DNA of 64,000 nt from Polyangium spumosum (GCF_009649845.1 NZ_WJIE01000009.1:160685-224684); one strand, 5' to 3'. Counted from the stretch's first letter, positions 48,868 through 60,854 are shown. The notes: generated by a model from the sequence alone, not told the origin. Numbers and translations are program-made.

Positions 48868-49311
48868 TCACGTGTCGGTCGCGCGGACCGTCATCACGGG
48901 GACCTCGGCGTGGCGGAGCACGCCCACGGCCACGCTGCCGAGGAGCACGCGGCCGATCGCGCCGCGGCCGTGCGTGCCCATCACGATGAGATCGGCCGAG
49001 ATCTCCTTCGCGGTCCGGCAAATTTCGTCGGCCGAGCGCCCCTCGCGCAGCACGGCGTCGAGCGTGACGCCGCGGGCTCGCTGCGCCTCGACGAAGGCGT
49101 CGAGCTGCTTTTGCGCGCCCTGCTGCACGCTCTCGGCGAGCTCGCTCGTGGGGATGTAGGACCCGTCGGGGAAGTTGTAGACGGGCAGGCTGTAGACGTG
49201 AACGACGGTCACCTTGGCGCCGAGCTTCGTGGCGAGCTCGAGCGCGCTCTCCAGCGCGCGCTGCGAGGTCTCTTCGAAGTCGATCGGCACGAGGATCTTC
49301 TGGAACGCCAT
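48868..49311 (-). CDS. universal stress protein (UspA family)
   Basis: ILVPIDFEETS...VVHVY...ADLIVMGTHGRGAIGRVLLGSVA. Confidence 0.8.
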   Translation of the reverse strand: MAFQKILVPIDFEETSQRALESALELATKLGAKVTVVHVYSLPVYNFPDGSYIPTSELAESVQQGAQKQLDAFVEAQRARGVTLDAVLREGRSADEICRTAKEISADLIVMGTHGRGAIGRVLLGSVAVGVLRHAEVPVMTVRATDT

Positions 49312-49724
49312 GGTCTCTCCCTGATGCGTTGGTCCGGGATCGGAAGGTCGCGGGGCGCCGCTTCGTTATCACGTCCGCCCGCTCGTGGCGTGATCGTGCG
49401 CGTTTCGCCCGCGCGAAACCAGCCTGCGCGACGCGCCGGAGCGGACGCGTCCTACCCTGGACGGACGGCTCTCGCGCGGCGATCAGCTACGGAAACCGGC
49501 GTTTCCCGCGTCGCGATAGTTGCTTGCGTGTTGGGGACCGCGGCGTTAGCCTCATGATTGCCCTAGGCCCGTTCGTCGTCGAACTCTGACAGCCCGCTTT
49601 GCTCGCGCGCTCGATCTGTATCGGCTGACGGTCGCTCGTCTGTGTGGTCTCGAAGCGATCCGATGCATGGCCCGGGTCGCCTCCGGGGAAGGTCAGGAGA
49701 GGTCGTGCATCGGGTGGTCTGAGG

Positions 49725-50186
49725 ATGAGCAAGCGACTGTACGTGGGCAATTTGGCCTTCCATTCCACCGAGGAGAGCGTCCGCAGCGCTTTCCAGGCCG
49801 CCGGGGTGGAGGTGGTGGGTGTCCAGGTCATGACCGATCGGGTGACGGGGCAATCGCGCGGGTTCGGTTTCGTGGACGTGGCGGGCGACAAGGAAGCGCA
49901 GGCGGCGATCGATGCGCTTCACGGCAAGAGCCTGGACGGTCGCACCCTGACCGTGAACGAGGCGCGTGAGCGCACGCCGGGCGGCGGCGGCGGTGGTGGT
50001 GGCTTCCGCGGCGGCGGCGGCGGCATGGGCGGCGGCGGCGGCGGTGGTTACGGCGGCGGCGGCGGTGGTGGCGGCGGCGGTCGTGGCGGCGGCGGCGGTG
50101 GTCGTGGCGGCGGCGATCGGCGCGGCGGTCGTGGCGGCGGCGGCGGCCGGGATCGTGGCGGTCGGGATCGCGGCGATCGCTGGTAG
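49725..50186 (+). CDS. glycine-rich RRM-type RNA-binding protein
   Basis: RNP2 LYVGNL and RNP1 RGFGFVDV, followed by a long GGGGRGG tail. A roughly 400-nt 5' leader precedes it. Confidence 0.8.
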   Translation: MSKRLYVGNLAFHSTEESVRSAFQAAGVEVVGVQVMTDRVTGQSRGFGFVDVAGDKEAQAAIDALHGKSLDGRTLTVNEARERTPGGGGGGGGFRGGGGGMGGGGGGGYGGGGGGGGGGRGGGGGGRGGGDRRGGRGGGGGRDRGGRDRGDRW

Positions 50187-50223
50187 GACGTGAGGGTCCG
50201 GCGAGAGCCGGCCCGATACGGAG

Positions 50224-50260
50224 GCGCCCCGGAGCATGGCTTCGGGGCGCTTCGTTTTTG
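50224..50260 (+). terminator. intrinsic terminator downstream of the RRM-protein gene
   Basis: Hairpin GCGCCCCGGA-gcatggc-TTCGGGGCGC followed by TTCGTTTTTGTG. Confidence 0.5.
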
Positions 50261-50268
50261 TGCGCGCT

Positions 50269-52294
<2,026 letters not shown>

Positions 52295-52295
<1 letters not shown>

Positions 52296-53383
52296 TGGCG
52301 AACGAGACCGGCCCGTTCACGCAGGAGATCGACGCGCTGCTCGCGGCGATCGCGCAGAAGCACCCGACCAAGAAGGCGCCGTACCAGGTGCCGATCTACC
52401 TCGTCGTTGGTGATCCGGGCACGGGGCGATCGACGGCGATCCGCTCGCAGTTCCTCACGTGGTCCTCGGGCGACGGGCCCCTGCCGCCCGCGTCGACCAC
52501 GCCGTTCTGCACGTACTGGATGGCCGACGAGTGCGTGTTCATCGAGCCCGAAGGTCACGTGATGGGCCCGCGCCGCGATCCGGCCCTGCTCGAGGCGCTC
52601 TGCAAGGAGCTCCTGCGCAAGCGCCCGCGCGAGCCGCTCGACGCGCTCATCCTCGTCCTGAACGTCGCGGCCTTCGCCGACATGGACGAGGAGGGCGTGA
52701 AGGCGTACGCGAAGAACTACCGCGACATGCTCGTGGAGATCGGCGTGCACCTCGCCGGCGACGTGCCCACGTACGTCATCCTCACGCGCTTCGACACGGT
52801 CTGGGGCTTCGCCGACGTCTTCCAGTGGACGCCCGAGCGCAAGCGCGAAGATCCCTGGGGCTTCACGCTCCACCAGGAGGTCGCGCCGCAGGACGCGCTG
52901 CCGAAGATCCGCGAGGAGCTCGACGGGCTCGGCGCGCGTATCGAGATGTTCTGCTTCGCCAAGCTCTCGGGCGAGGAGCCCGTCGAGACGCGCATCCGCG
53001 CCTACCAGCACCTCGTGGAGGTGCGCGAGCTGCTCGATCGGCTGCGTGTCCTCTTCGGCGTGCTCGCGATGCCAAACGCCTACGAGCGCGTGCCGTGGTT
53101 CCGCGCGCTCGCGATCGGCAGCGCGGTCCCCGGCGTCGGCGACCGGCAACGCGCGGGCGTCGCGCGTTTCCAGAGCATGGGCCTCTACCCGGCGCAGATG
53201 CCCCAGGGCATGCGGCCGGGCGGGCTGCCGATCCACGCGCTCGTCAAGACCGTCACCTTGCCCGAGAAGGAGCTCGTCCCGCTGCGGGTGCGCTGGCGGG
53301 ACGACCTCGCGACCTTGATCCTCGCCGGCTCGGCGGTGCTCGTGTGGATCGCCGCGATCATCGTCGCGGGCGTGAACCGCTAG
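52295..53383 (+). CDS. IcmF/TssM N-terminal NTPase-like protein (P-loop plus a C-terminal TM) lacking the periplasmic domain
   Basis: TGATG coupling to the DotU-like gene. QVPIYLVVGDPGTGRSTAIRSQFLTW parallels the TssM Walker A region LPWYLVIGxPGxGKTTLLxNSGL. C-terminal TM LILAGSAVLVWIAAIIVAGV. Confidence 0.5.
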
Positions 53384-54261
53384 CGCTTGGCGCCGCGGGC
53401 GAGCTCGATCTCCATCGAGACCCAGGCGTCGAGGTCGGGCTCGGGCTTGAAGAGGCCGAGATCGAACTCGCGGCCGTTGATCAGGAGGAACGGCGTGCCC
53501 ATGAGGCCGGCGTCGTCCGCGGCGGCCTTGTCGCGATCGATCGCCTTCGTCGCCGCCTCCGACTGCATGTCCGCGCGGAGCTTGCCCATGTCGAGCCCGA
53601 GCTCCTCGGCGATCTCGCCGATCGTCGCCTCGCCGAGTTTGTCCTGGTTCTCGAAGAGCTCGCGCTCCATCTCCCAGTAGCGCCCCTGCCGATGGGCGGC
53701 CCAGGCGGCGCGGGCCGCGAGCTCCGCGTGGGTGTGCCTCGGCAACGGGTAGAACTTGTGCACGAGGCGCACGTCGTCCTCGTGCGCGGCGGCGACGCGC
53801 TCGATCATCGGCACGATCCTCCGGCACGCGGGGCACTCGAAGTCCGACCAGACCGTGATCGTGACGGGCGCGTTCTCCGGGCCCTTCGTCGGCGAGCCGG
53901 CCACGTCGACCGCGTGGACCTTGCCCCCGAAGCGGATCTCGTAGGCCTTCTCGGCGTCGGCGCGGGCGAGGCCGGCCTTCACGCGTTCGGCGAGGAAACG
54001 CGCCGCGGGGGCGCACGCCGAGCAAGGTCGCTTCTCGTCGAGGCATTCGGCGAGCGTCACGGCCTGGTCGGCGCACGGCGTGTACACCGTGTCGAGCAGA
54101 CGTTCGTACGTCTCGCGCTCGCGTGGCACGAGATCCGACACGTCCACGGGCCTCGACGCGCCGGTGTCGACGACGGCGCTCCCTGCCTGTTGCCCCCCGC
54201 CACACGCGCTCGCGAAGAGCGTCGCCGGAAGCAGGAGCGGAAAGATCGTTCGGAGATTCAC
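53380..54261 (-). CDS. DsbA-family thiol:disulfide oxidoreductase lipoprotein
   Basis: Lipobox LFASACGGG. FECPAC CxxC active site within a thioredoxin fold. Confidence 0.75.
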   Translation of the reverse strand: MNLRTIFPLLLPATLFASACGGGQQAGSAVVDTGASRPVDVSDLVPRERETYERLLDTVYTPCADQAVTLAECLDEKRPCSACAPAARFLAERVKAGLARADAEKAYEIRFGGKVHAVDVAGSPTKGPENAPVTITVWSDFECPACRRIVPMIERVAAAHEDDVRLVHKFYPLPRHTHAELAARAAWAAHRQGRYWEMERELFENQDKLGEATIGEIAEELGLDMGKLRADMQSEAATKAIDRDKAAADDAGLMGTPFLLINGREFDLGLFKPEPDLDAWVSMEIELARGAKR

Positions 54262-54343
54262 GCGCCGATACTACACCGCCGCGGGCGGATCGGCGTTGCC
54301 CCACTCGACGCCGGGGCGCGCTCGGGGTATTCACCGGCCGAAC

Positions 54344-55819
54344 GTGCACGACGCCGTACCGCCTCCTCCTGCTCCCGCGACGACCAGCGCGCCGGTCTCC
54401 GTCCGCGACGCTGGCAAGAAGCGGCTGCGGTGCCCGACGTGCCTCGAGCTCGTGACGCCCGGGGTCGAGCTCTGCCCCGAGTGCGACGAGCCCCTCGCCG
54501 GCCCGAGGAGCCTTCGGTCGGGCACGACGACGGCCAAAGCGCCGAGCTGGCTCTCCTTGCACTGGCGCCCGCTCGTCACGGGCCTCGCGATGATGGGCGT
54601 GCTCGCGACCGGCATCGCCCTCCGGAGCCTCGCCCCCGGCCGCTTCTTGCCGCCCCGCGCCGCCTCGCGTTCGCCGGCGACCGTCACGCCGACCTGCACC
54701 GCGCCCTGCTGGCACGGCGAGGCTTGCCAGGTCGGCCAGTGTGTCTGGCAAAAGCCAAACGACGTCGGGCACCTCGGCGAACAGCCGCTCGTGACGGGGC
54801 CCTTCGCCCTGCCGAAGGACGTCTCCGACGCCTTGCCGCTCGACCAGGACCGCTTCGCGCTCGCGCTCCTGGCGGGCATCGAGGTGCACGACGCGCGCAC
54901 GGGCGCGCTCGTCACGCTCGTCAGCGACGCCCCGCAGATCAAGGGCCTCTACCGCGTCGGCGACCACCTCTACGCGACCTCGCCGCAGCGGCTCTACGTG
55001 GTCGACGCGGCCTCGATGGGCCTTTCGAAGACCATCGATCTCGGCGCCATGGTCGGGCAGGTGTCGGTCGGGGCGAACGGCCGGCGCGCGCTCGTGTCGT
55101 TGCCCTCGGCGCACGCGGTGGCGATCCTGGCGACCGAGTATCACGCGGAGATCGACCGCATCCACTTCGGCGACGATCCCGTCGGGCCGATGGGCGTCGA
55201 CGACACGGGCACGCGCGCGCTCGGCACGACGGGCCAGGTCCCGCTCTCGGGCCTCCGGGATCCCGCGGGCGGCGCCGTCTATGCCTTCGATCCGAGCCGG
55301 CTCGCGTCGCAGCAGGACCGCGTGCGCACCTCGATGCTGGGCAACCCCGTCAGCGTGCTCATGACGCCGGACGGCAGCACGAGTTACGTCGCGCTACGCG
55401 CCGAGGACGCGCTCGTCCCGCTCGAGTGGCTGCCGTCGGGCGCGGTGCGCCGCCGCGAGCGTATCCAGACCTGCGACGAGCCCGAGCAGATCGAGCTCGT
55501 GCGGCGTGGCCGTCGCGCGCTCGTGCGTTGCAACGAGGGGCGCGCGCTCGAGGTCTTCGACCTCGCGAAGGGCGAGCTCGCGCGGCACATCCCGTTCAAC
55601 GGGCGGGCGACCGACCTCGTGGTCACGCCCGACGGCGAGCAGGCCCTCGTGACGCTCACGGGGGACGGCGCGGGCTCGCTCGCGATCGTCGACCTCGAGA
55701 CCTACGCGGTGAAGCTCCTTCCGCTCTCGGGTGAGCCCAAGCGCGTCAGGCTCACGCCGGACGGCCGCACGGCGCTCGTCTTCTCGGACTGGGCCAAGGT
55801 CGCGTGGGTGGTGCGATGA
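54344..55819 (+). CDS. zinc-ribbon / single-TM / periplasmic beta-propeller (YVTN/YncE-like) protein
   Basis: CPTCLELVTPGVELCPECDEPL zinc ribbon and a TM (PLVTGLAMMGVLATGIAL). Repeated TPDG...VAL... beta-propeller-like blades follow. No ATG is available after the divergent dsbA start, so a GTG start is assumed. Confidence 0.5.
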   Translation: MHDAVPPPPAPATTSAPVSVRDAGKKRLRCPTCLELVTPGVELCPECDEPLAGPRSLRSGTTTAKAPSWLSLHWRPLVTGLAMMGVLATGIALRSLAPGRFLPPRAASRSPATVTPTCTAPCWHGEACQVGQCVWQKPNDVGHLGEQPLVTGPFALPKDVSDALPLDQDRFALALLAGIEVHDARTGALVTLVSDAPQIKGLYRVGDHLYATSPQRLYVVDAASMGLSKTIDLGAMVGQVSVGANGRRALVSLPSAHAVAILATEYHAEIDRIHFGDDPVGPMGVDDTGTRALGTTGQVPLSGLRDPAGGAVYAFDPSRLASQQDRVRTSMLGNPVSVLMTPDGSTSYVALRAEDALVPLEWLPSGAVRRRERIQTCDEPEQIELVRRGRRALVRCNEGRALEVFDLAKGELARHIPFNGRATDLVVTPDGEQALVTLTGDGAGSLAIVDLETYAVKLLPLSGEPKRVRLTPDGRTALVFSDWAKVAWVVR

Positions 55820-57198
55820 GCCAGCAGCGCGTCCCGTGCCCTGCGTGCAAGGCGCCGATCGTCCACGGGGCGCGCAAGTGCCGCGCCTGCAAGACGTGGC
55901 TCGTGCAGGAGGCGCAGCCGCGGGCGCCGCGCGTGATCCTCGGCGGCCTCGCGCTCGTCGGGACGATCTTCGCCGTCGTCGTGGGCGGGCGCGAGTCGCC
56001 CGTGGGTGAGGCGCCGCCGCTGACGAACCTCGACCCCTCGGCCTCGTCCGCGGCGGCGGGGGCGCCGCGCCCCGGCTCGATTGGCCCCGAAATCGAGGCC
56101 GAGCCCGAGCCTTTGCCGGCCGACCCGCAGAAGCGCTGGAAGGTCCGCGAGATTCGCCTCGGCGACAACGTCCATCCGCTCGACGTCGTCTTCCACCCGA
56201 AGGGCACGAGCGTCTACGTCAGCGCGGACGACGCCTCGCTGCGCGAGTACAGGCTGAAGACGGGCGAGCTCGTGCACAAGGCGTCGATGCCGGCGCAGGG
56301 CGACGAGCTCCGGATGCTCTTCGACCGGTACGTGGCCGTCCTCCGGCACGAGGACGCGGCGCGCATCCCGGTGATGGACACGTCGGCGTGGGATCGGGAT
56401 CCCGTGCTGCTCAACGTCGGCAAGAGCCCTGGCGAGATTGTGCCGATGCCGGACGGCCGCAGCGTCGTGGCCTCGACCATCGACGGCAAGCGCGTCGCGC
56501 GTTTCGATTTGCCGACGGGCGTGCGCCTCGCGGACATCACCTTCCCGCACGCGACGGGCCAGCTCTTCCTCGTCCGCGCGGAGAACCGCCCGTACATCGC
56601 GGCGATGGGCGCGCTCTCGCATGGCGGCCGCGCGGCGGGCGCGTGGATCGACCTCTTCGACCCGAGCGAGGAGCCCTTCGGCGCCACGCGCCGCAGCATC
56701 TTCGTCGGCCGCGAGCCGCGCACCGGCGCGATCAGCCGTGACGGCGGCTCGCTCTTCTTCCCGGACCGTGTCTCGAACAAGGCCGTGCTCCTCGACATCG
56801 CCGCGACCACCGAGGTCAAGTCGACGCCCGTCGGCCTCGGCCCGTCGCAGGGGTTTCTCCTCCACGACGATCGCCTCGGCGTCACGCTCGACAGCAAGGC
56901 GCGCACGGTGACGGTCGTCGACCTCGCCACCATGAAGGTCACGAGCACGCTCATGCTGGACGGCGTGCCTTGCGCGGGCGCGGCCTCGCCGGACGGGCGC
57001 ACGCTCTTCGTCGCGCTCGGCGGCACCGAGCGGCCCCCGAAGGGCAGCGGCGTCGCCGTGATCGCCGGTGATCCGCTGCGCGTCGTCGCCACGCTCCCGA
57101 CGGGCCCGGGCGTCTGCGCCGTCGACGTCACGCGTGACGGCTCTCGCGCCGTCGTCGCGTCCTATTACGACAAATCGGTCCTCGTCATCGAGCAATGA
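55816..57198 (+). CDS. paralogous zinc-ribbon / TM / beta-propeller protein
   Basis: CPACKAPIVHGARKCRACKTWL zinc ribbon and a TM (VILGGLALVGTIFAVVVGG). Beta-propeller-like repeats (SPDGRTLFVAL, TRDGSRAVVASY). ATGA overlap with the upstream paralog. Confidence 0.6.
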   Translation: MSQQRVPCPACKAPIVHGARKCRACKTWLVQEAQPRAPRVILGGLALVGTIFAVVVGGRESPVGEAPPLTNLDPSASSAAAGAPRPGSIGPEIEAEPEPLPADPQKRWKVREIRLGDNVHPLDVVFHPKGTSVYVSADDASLREYRLKTGELVHKASMPAQGDELRMLFDRYVAVLRHEDAARIPVMDTSAWDRDPVLLNVGKSPGEIVPMPDGRSVVASTIDGKRVARFDLPTGVRLADITFPHATGQLFLVRAENRPYIAAMGALSHGGRAAGAWIDLFDPSEEPFGATRRSIFVGREPRTGAISRDGGSLFFPDRVSNKAVLLDIAATTEVKSTPVGLGPSQGFLLHDDRLGVTLDSKARTVTVVDLATMKVTSTLMLDGVPCAGAASPDGRTLFVALGGTERPPKGSGVAVIAGDPLRVVATLPTGPGVCAVDVTRDGSRAVVASYYDKSVLVIEQ

Positions 57199-57220
57199 GC
57201 CGGCGCGGCGCTCGTCGCGC

Positions 57221-57619
57221 TCACGCCATCTCCTCGACGTAGGCGTCCACCTCGATTTCCACGAGCATGTCCGGCGCGATGAGCCGCCGCACCTCGACCA
57301 TCGTCGCGGCGGGCGCGTGTGCGCCGACCTTCTCCTGGTGTGCGCGCCCGATCTCGGGCCAGCGCTCGATGTCGGTCACGTACATCCGTGTCCGCACCAC
57401 GTCTGCGAGCGACCCGCCGAGCTCTCGCAGCGCTGCCTCGATGATCTCGAAACATCGAACGGCCTGCGCATACGCGTCTCCTTTTGCGTGTGTCCCTCCG
57501 CCCACCGCGACGGGCGCCGTCCCGCCCACGTACACGTGCGGCCCGATCGCCACGGCCCGGCAATAGCCCACGCGCGCCTCCCACGCGGCGCCCGAGAAGA
57601 CGCGTCGTTTTCTCATCAC
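57221..57619 (-). CDS. RidA/YjgF/TdcF-family reactive-intermediate deaminase
   Basis: Conserved RidA core (VRTRMYVTD...MVEVRRLIAPDMLVEIEVDAYV). Confidence 0.8.
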   Translation of the reverse strand: MMRKRRVFSGAAWEARVGYCRAVAIGPHVYVGGTAPVAVGGGTHAKGDAYAQAVRCFEIIEAALRELGGSLADVVRTRMYVTDIERWPEIGRAHQEKVGAHAPAATMVEVRRLIAPDMLVEIEVDAYVEEMA

Positions 57620-57675
57620 CCGGGTCTACCACGGGACGGCGCGTCCCATGGGCGCCCCCGACCGTGGAGGGGTCG

Positions 57676-57972
57676 TCATTGCGCCTGCGGCTTCGGCGCG
57701 AGGAGGGCGCGCCAGAGCTCGAGGTTGGAGAGGTCGACGATGGCGTCCGCCACGTGATCCGGCCCCTCCGAGCGCAGGTGCTCGGCGAGCCGCTCCTGCT
57801 CGTCCGGGCGGAGCGGCCGCCGGAGCCGTCGCTCGATCTGGTGCGTGAACACCACGAGCTGGCCCTGGGCAAACCCCTCGATGCGCCCCTCCTCGATCCC
57901 CATCACGCGCCCCTCCTCGCGCCCCTCCTCGATCCCCATTGCCTTTCCTTCCCTGAAGATCCGGTTTTGCAT
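57676..57972 (-). CDS. stand-alone DUF4351-like domain protein (C-terminal domain of Rpn/PD-(D/E)XK transposase-like proteins)
   Basis: MGIEEGREEGRVMGIEEGRIEGFAQGQLVV...RRLRRPL...EQERL matches the DUF4351 pattern and includes an internally duplicated EEGR motif. The nuclease domain is absent. Confidence 0.45.
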   Translation of the reverse strand: MQNRIFREGKAMGIEEGREEGRVMGIEEGRIEGFAQGQLVVFTHQIERRLRRPLRPDEQERLAEHLRSEGPDHVADAIVDLSNLELWRALLAPKPQAQ

Positions 57973-58148
57973 GACGATCTCCCGCGACAAACAGGAGTGT
58001 ACCACATCCGCGAGCCCTCGCTCTCTCTTGTCCGCCTCTGCCAGCGCCACCATCGCCGCGCGGCCGCCGCGCTCCCCGAACCATCGTGATTTCGAGCGCC
58101 CCTCGTGCCACCATGCCCGCGCCGGAACCTCGCTCGAAGGCTCGAAGG

Positions 58149-60854
58149 ATGAAATCCCCCCGCACCCTCCTCGCCCTCCTCGCCACCACCGTCGCTTGCT
58201 CGGCCGCCCCTCCGCCGCCCTCGCCTCCGCCGCCCTCCCCGACCGCCGCCGCCAAACCTTCGGCCCGAGCGCCTTCGGACCTCCCCGCGCCTCCCGCGGG
58301 CCTGCGCCTCCCGCGCGCCGTGCACCCGCTTCGTTATGCCGCGACGCTCACCCTCGTCCCTGGGGACGACGTCCTCCGCGGCGAGATCACCATCGACCTC
58401 AGCCTCGCCGAGCCCACGCGTGTCCTCTGGCTCCACGCCGAGAAGCTCACCGTCGACGAGGCCCGCATCGAAGCGGGGGCCAGACACCTCCCCCTCCGCG
58501 TCGTGCCGACCGACGACGGCCTCCTCGGCTTCGCGCTCGATACCGCGGCGCCGCCCGGCCCGGCGCGCCTCGTCGTGAAATACCGCGGCGTGATCTCCGC
58601 CGTCGACGACCACGGCGCCTTTCGTGAGGAGGAGGGCGGCGCCTCGTACATCTTCTCCCATTTCGAGGCCACCGCCGCGCGCCGCGTCTTTCCTTGTATC
58701 GACGACCCCGGCGTGAAGGTCCCCTGGCAGCTCTCCCTCCGCGTGCGCGAGGCCGACGTCGCCCTCTCGAATACGCGTGTGCTCGGCGAGGACGAGGAGC
58801 CGGGTGGCATGAAGCTCGTCCGCTTCGCGCCCACGCCGCCATTGCCGAGTTATCTCCTCGCCTTCGCGGTTGGCCCCTTCGACATCGTCGACGCCGGCGT
58901 GGCCGGGAAAAACAAGGTCCCCGTCCGTATCGTCGTCCCCCGCGGCCTCGCCGAGAAGGCCTCGTTCGCGGCGAAGACCACGCCGCCCCTGCTCGGCATG
59001 GCCGAGGCGTACCTCGGCTCGGCTTATCCGTACGACAAACTCGACGTCGTCACCATTCCGCGCCTCTCCTCCTTCGGCGCCATGGAAAACCCTGGGCTCG
59101 TCACCTACGGCGCCCGCGGCTCGCTCTCCGCGCCGTCCGACGAGACCCCGATGTTCCGCCGCGGCTTCACCGCGACCATGGCCCACGAGCTCGCCCATCA
59201 ATGGTTCGGCAACCTCGTGACCATGGACTTCTGGGACGATCTCTGGCTCAACGAGGCCTTCGCCACCTGGATGGGCAGCAAGATCGTCGAGCAGTTCGCC
59301 CCCGCGTGGCGCGAGGACGCCCGCCGCGTCGCCATGACCTCGTATGCCATGAGCGAGGACGGCCTGCTCAGCGCGCGCAAGATCCGGCAGGAGATCCTCA
59401 CCCAGGACGACATCTCCAATGCCTTCGACGGCATCACCTACCAGAAAGGCGCGGCCGTCCTCCGCATGTTCGAGGCCTACGTCGGCCCCGACAAGTTCCA
59501 GCGCGGCGTCCGCCGCTACCTCGACGAGCACGCCCACGGCAATGCGAAGGCGGCCGACTTTCTGGCCGCGCTCTCGGCCGAGACGAGCCCCGAGATCGGC
59601 GCCGCCATCGCGACGTTCCTCGACCAGCCCGGCGTCCCGCTCGTCAAGGCCGAGCTCTCGTGCGAGAAGGGCAAGAGCCCCGCGGTAAAACTCTCGCAAT
59701 CGCGGTGGCTCCCCGCCGGATCGGCGGGCGCGGCCGAATCGACGTGGCACGTCCCCGTTTGTCTCCGGTATGGCGCCGGCCCCGAGGCGCGCGCTTGCAC
59801 GCTCCTCACGACGAAGACGGCCGAGCTCCCGCTCGAAAGTGCGAAATCGTGCCCGGCCCTGGTCGCCCTCAAGGACGACGGCGTCGGTTATCATCACGCC
59901 GATCCCGGCAAGGAGGCGCTCGCGCGGCTCCTCGGCAAACCGGGCACCTTCCTCGGATTGCCCCAGCGCCTCGCGCTCCTCGACGACGCCTCGGCGCTCG
60001 TCGAGAGTGGCGCCCTCGGCTCTGGCGACGTGCTCTCCCTCGTCCCCGGCCTCGTCGCTGGGCGCGAGCCACTGCTCGAGCGCGGCGCGGCCTCCCTCGT
60101 CGCTCGCGTGCGCGACGTGCACGTCCCCGCCGACCTCCGCCCGCGATTCGCGCGTTTCGTCTCTCGCACCTTCGGCCCTCGCGCCCGCGCGCTTGGCCTG
60201 CTCCCGAAGCCCGGCGAGGACGAATCCATCACCTTCCTCCGCCCGCTGCTCGTCTCGCTCGTCGCGGATCGTGGCGAGGATCCGGCCTTGCTCGCCGAGC
60301 TTCGTGCCCTCGCCTCGCGATTCCTCGACGATCCGGCCGCGGCCCCCCTCGACGTCGCGGGCCCTGCGCTCGCCCTCGCGGCGCGGCACGGCGGCGATCG
60401 GGCGCTCTTCGACCGATTGCGCGAGGCCGCCAGAAACGAGCGCGACGAGCGCCGCCGCAGCGCCCTGCTCGAGGCGCTCACGAGCTTCCGCGCCCCTGCC
60501 CTCGTCGACGAATCCCTCGCGCTCGTGCTCGAGGGCGGCTTCGATCCGCGCAGCGCCGTCCGGCTGTTCCGTCAGGACGAGCGAATGCTCGATCGCTCCC
60601 TCGGCTATATCGAAAAAAACTGGAGCGCCCTCGTCACGCGGATGCCGGGCGAGGCCCTCGGTTACCTCCCGCTCGTGTTCCAGGGCGCTTGTGACGAAGC
60701 CGGGCGCGCGGCCGTCGCGCGCGTCTTCGAGGGCCGCGTCTCCGAGATCGTCGGCGCTCCGCGCTCCCTCGCGCAGTCCCTCGAGGCGATCTCCCTCTGC
60801 GTGGCCCAGCAAAAGAAGCTCGAGCCGAGCCTCCGGGCATTTCTTCAGAAATAG
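58149..60854 (+). CDS. M1-family aminopeptidase N-like lipoprotein
   Basis: Lipobox LATTVACS. GAMEN exopeptidase motif. HELAHQWFGNLVTMDFWDDLWLNEAF is HExxH-x18-E. Length 901 aa. Confidence 0.85.
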   Translation: MKSPRTLLALLATTVACSAAPPPPSPPPPSPTAAAKPSARAPSDLPAPPAGLRLPRAVHPLRYAATLTLVPGDDVLRGEITIDLSLAEPTRVLWLHAEKLTVDEARIEAGARHLPLRVVPTDDGLLGFALDTAAPPGPARLVVKYRGVISAVDDHGAFREEEGGASYIFSHFEATAARRVFPCIDDPGVKVPWQLSLRVREADVALSNTRVLGEDEEPGGMKLVRFAPTPPLPSYLLAFAVGPFDIVDAGVAGKNKVPVRIVVPRGLAEKASFAAKTTPPLLGMAEAYLGSAYPYDKLDVVTIPRLSSFGAMENPGLVTYGARGSLSAPSDETPMFRRGFTATMAHELAHQWFGNLVTMDFWDDLWLNEAFATWMGSKIVEQFAPAWREDARRVAMTSYAMSEDGLLSARKIRQEILTQDDISNAFDGITYQKGAAVLRMFEAYVGPDKFQRGVRRYLDEHAHGNAKAADFLAALSAETSPEIGAAIATFLDQPGVPLVKAELSCEKGKSPAVKLSQSRWLPAGSAGAAESTWHVPVCLRYGAGPEARACTLLTTKTAELPLESAKSCPALVALKDDGVGYHHADPGKEALARLLGKPGTFLGLPQRLALLDDASALVESGALGSGDVLSLVPGLVAGREPLLERGAASLVARVRDVHVPADLRPRFARFVSRTFGPRARALGLLPKPGEDESITFLRPLLVSLVADRGEDPALLAELRALASRFLDDPAAAPLDVAGPALALAARHGGDRALFDRLREAARNERDERRRSALLEALTSFRAPALVDESLALVLEGGFDPRSAVRLFRQDERMLDRSLGYIEKNWSALVTRMPGEALGYLPLVFQGACDEAGRAAVARVFEGRVSEIVGAPRSLAQSLEAISLCVAQQKKLEPSLRAFLQK

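Noticed and set aside
49966-50237. Minus-strand ORF 49563-50237 (poly-Ala/Thr) and plus-strand ORF 49966-50193 (poly-Ala/Val) over the Gly-rich tail of the RRM protein
   Set aside because: These are mirror or off-frame readings of the GGC/GGT codon run that encodes the glycine-rich tail.
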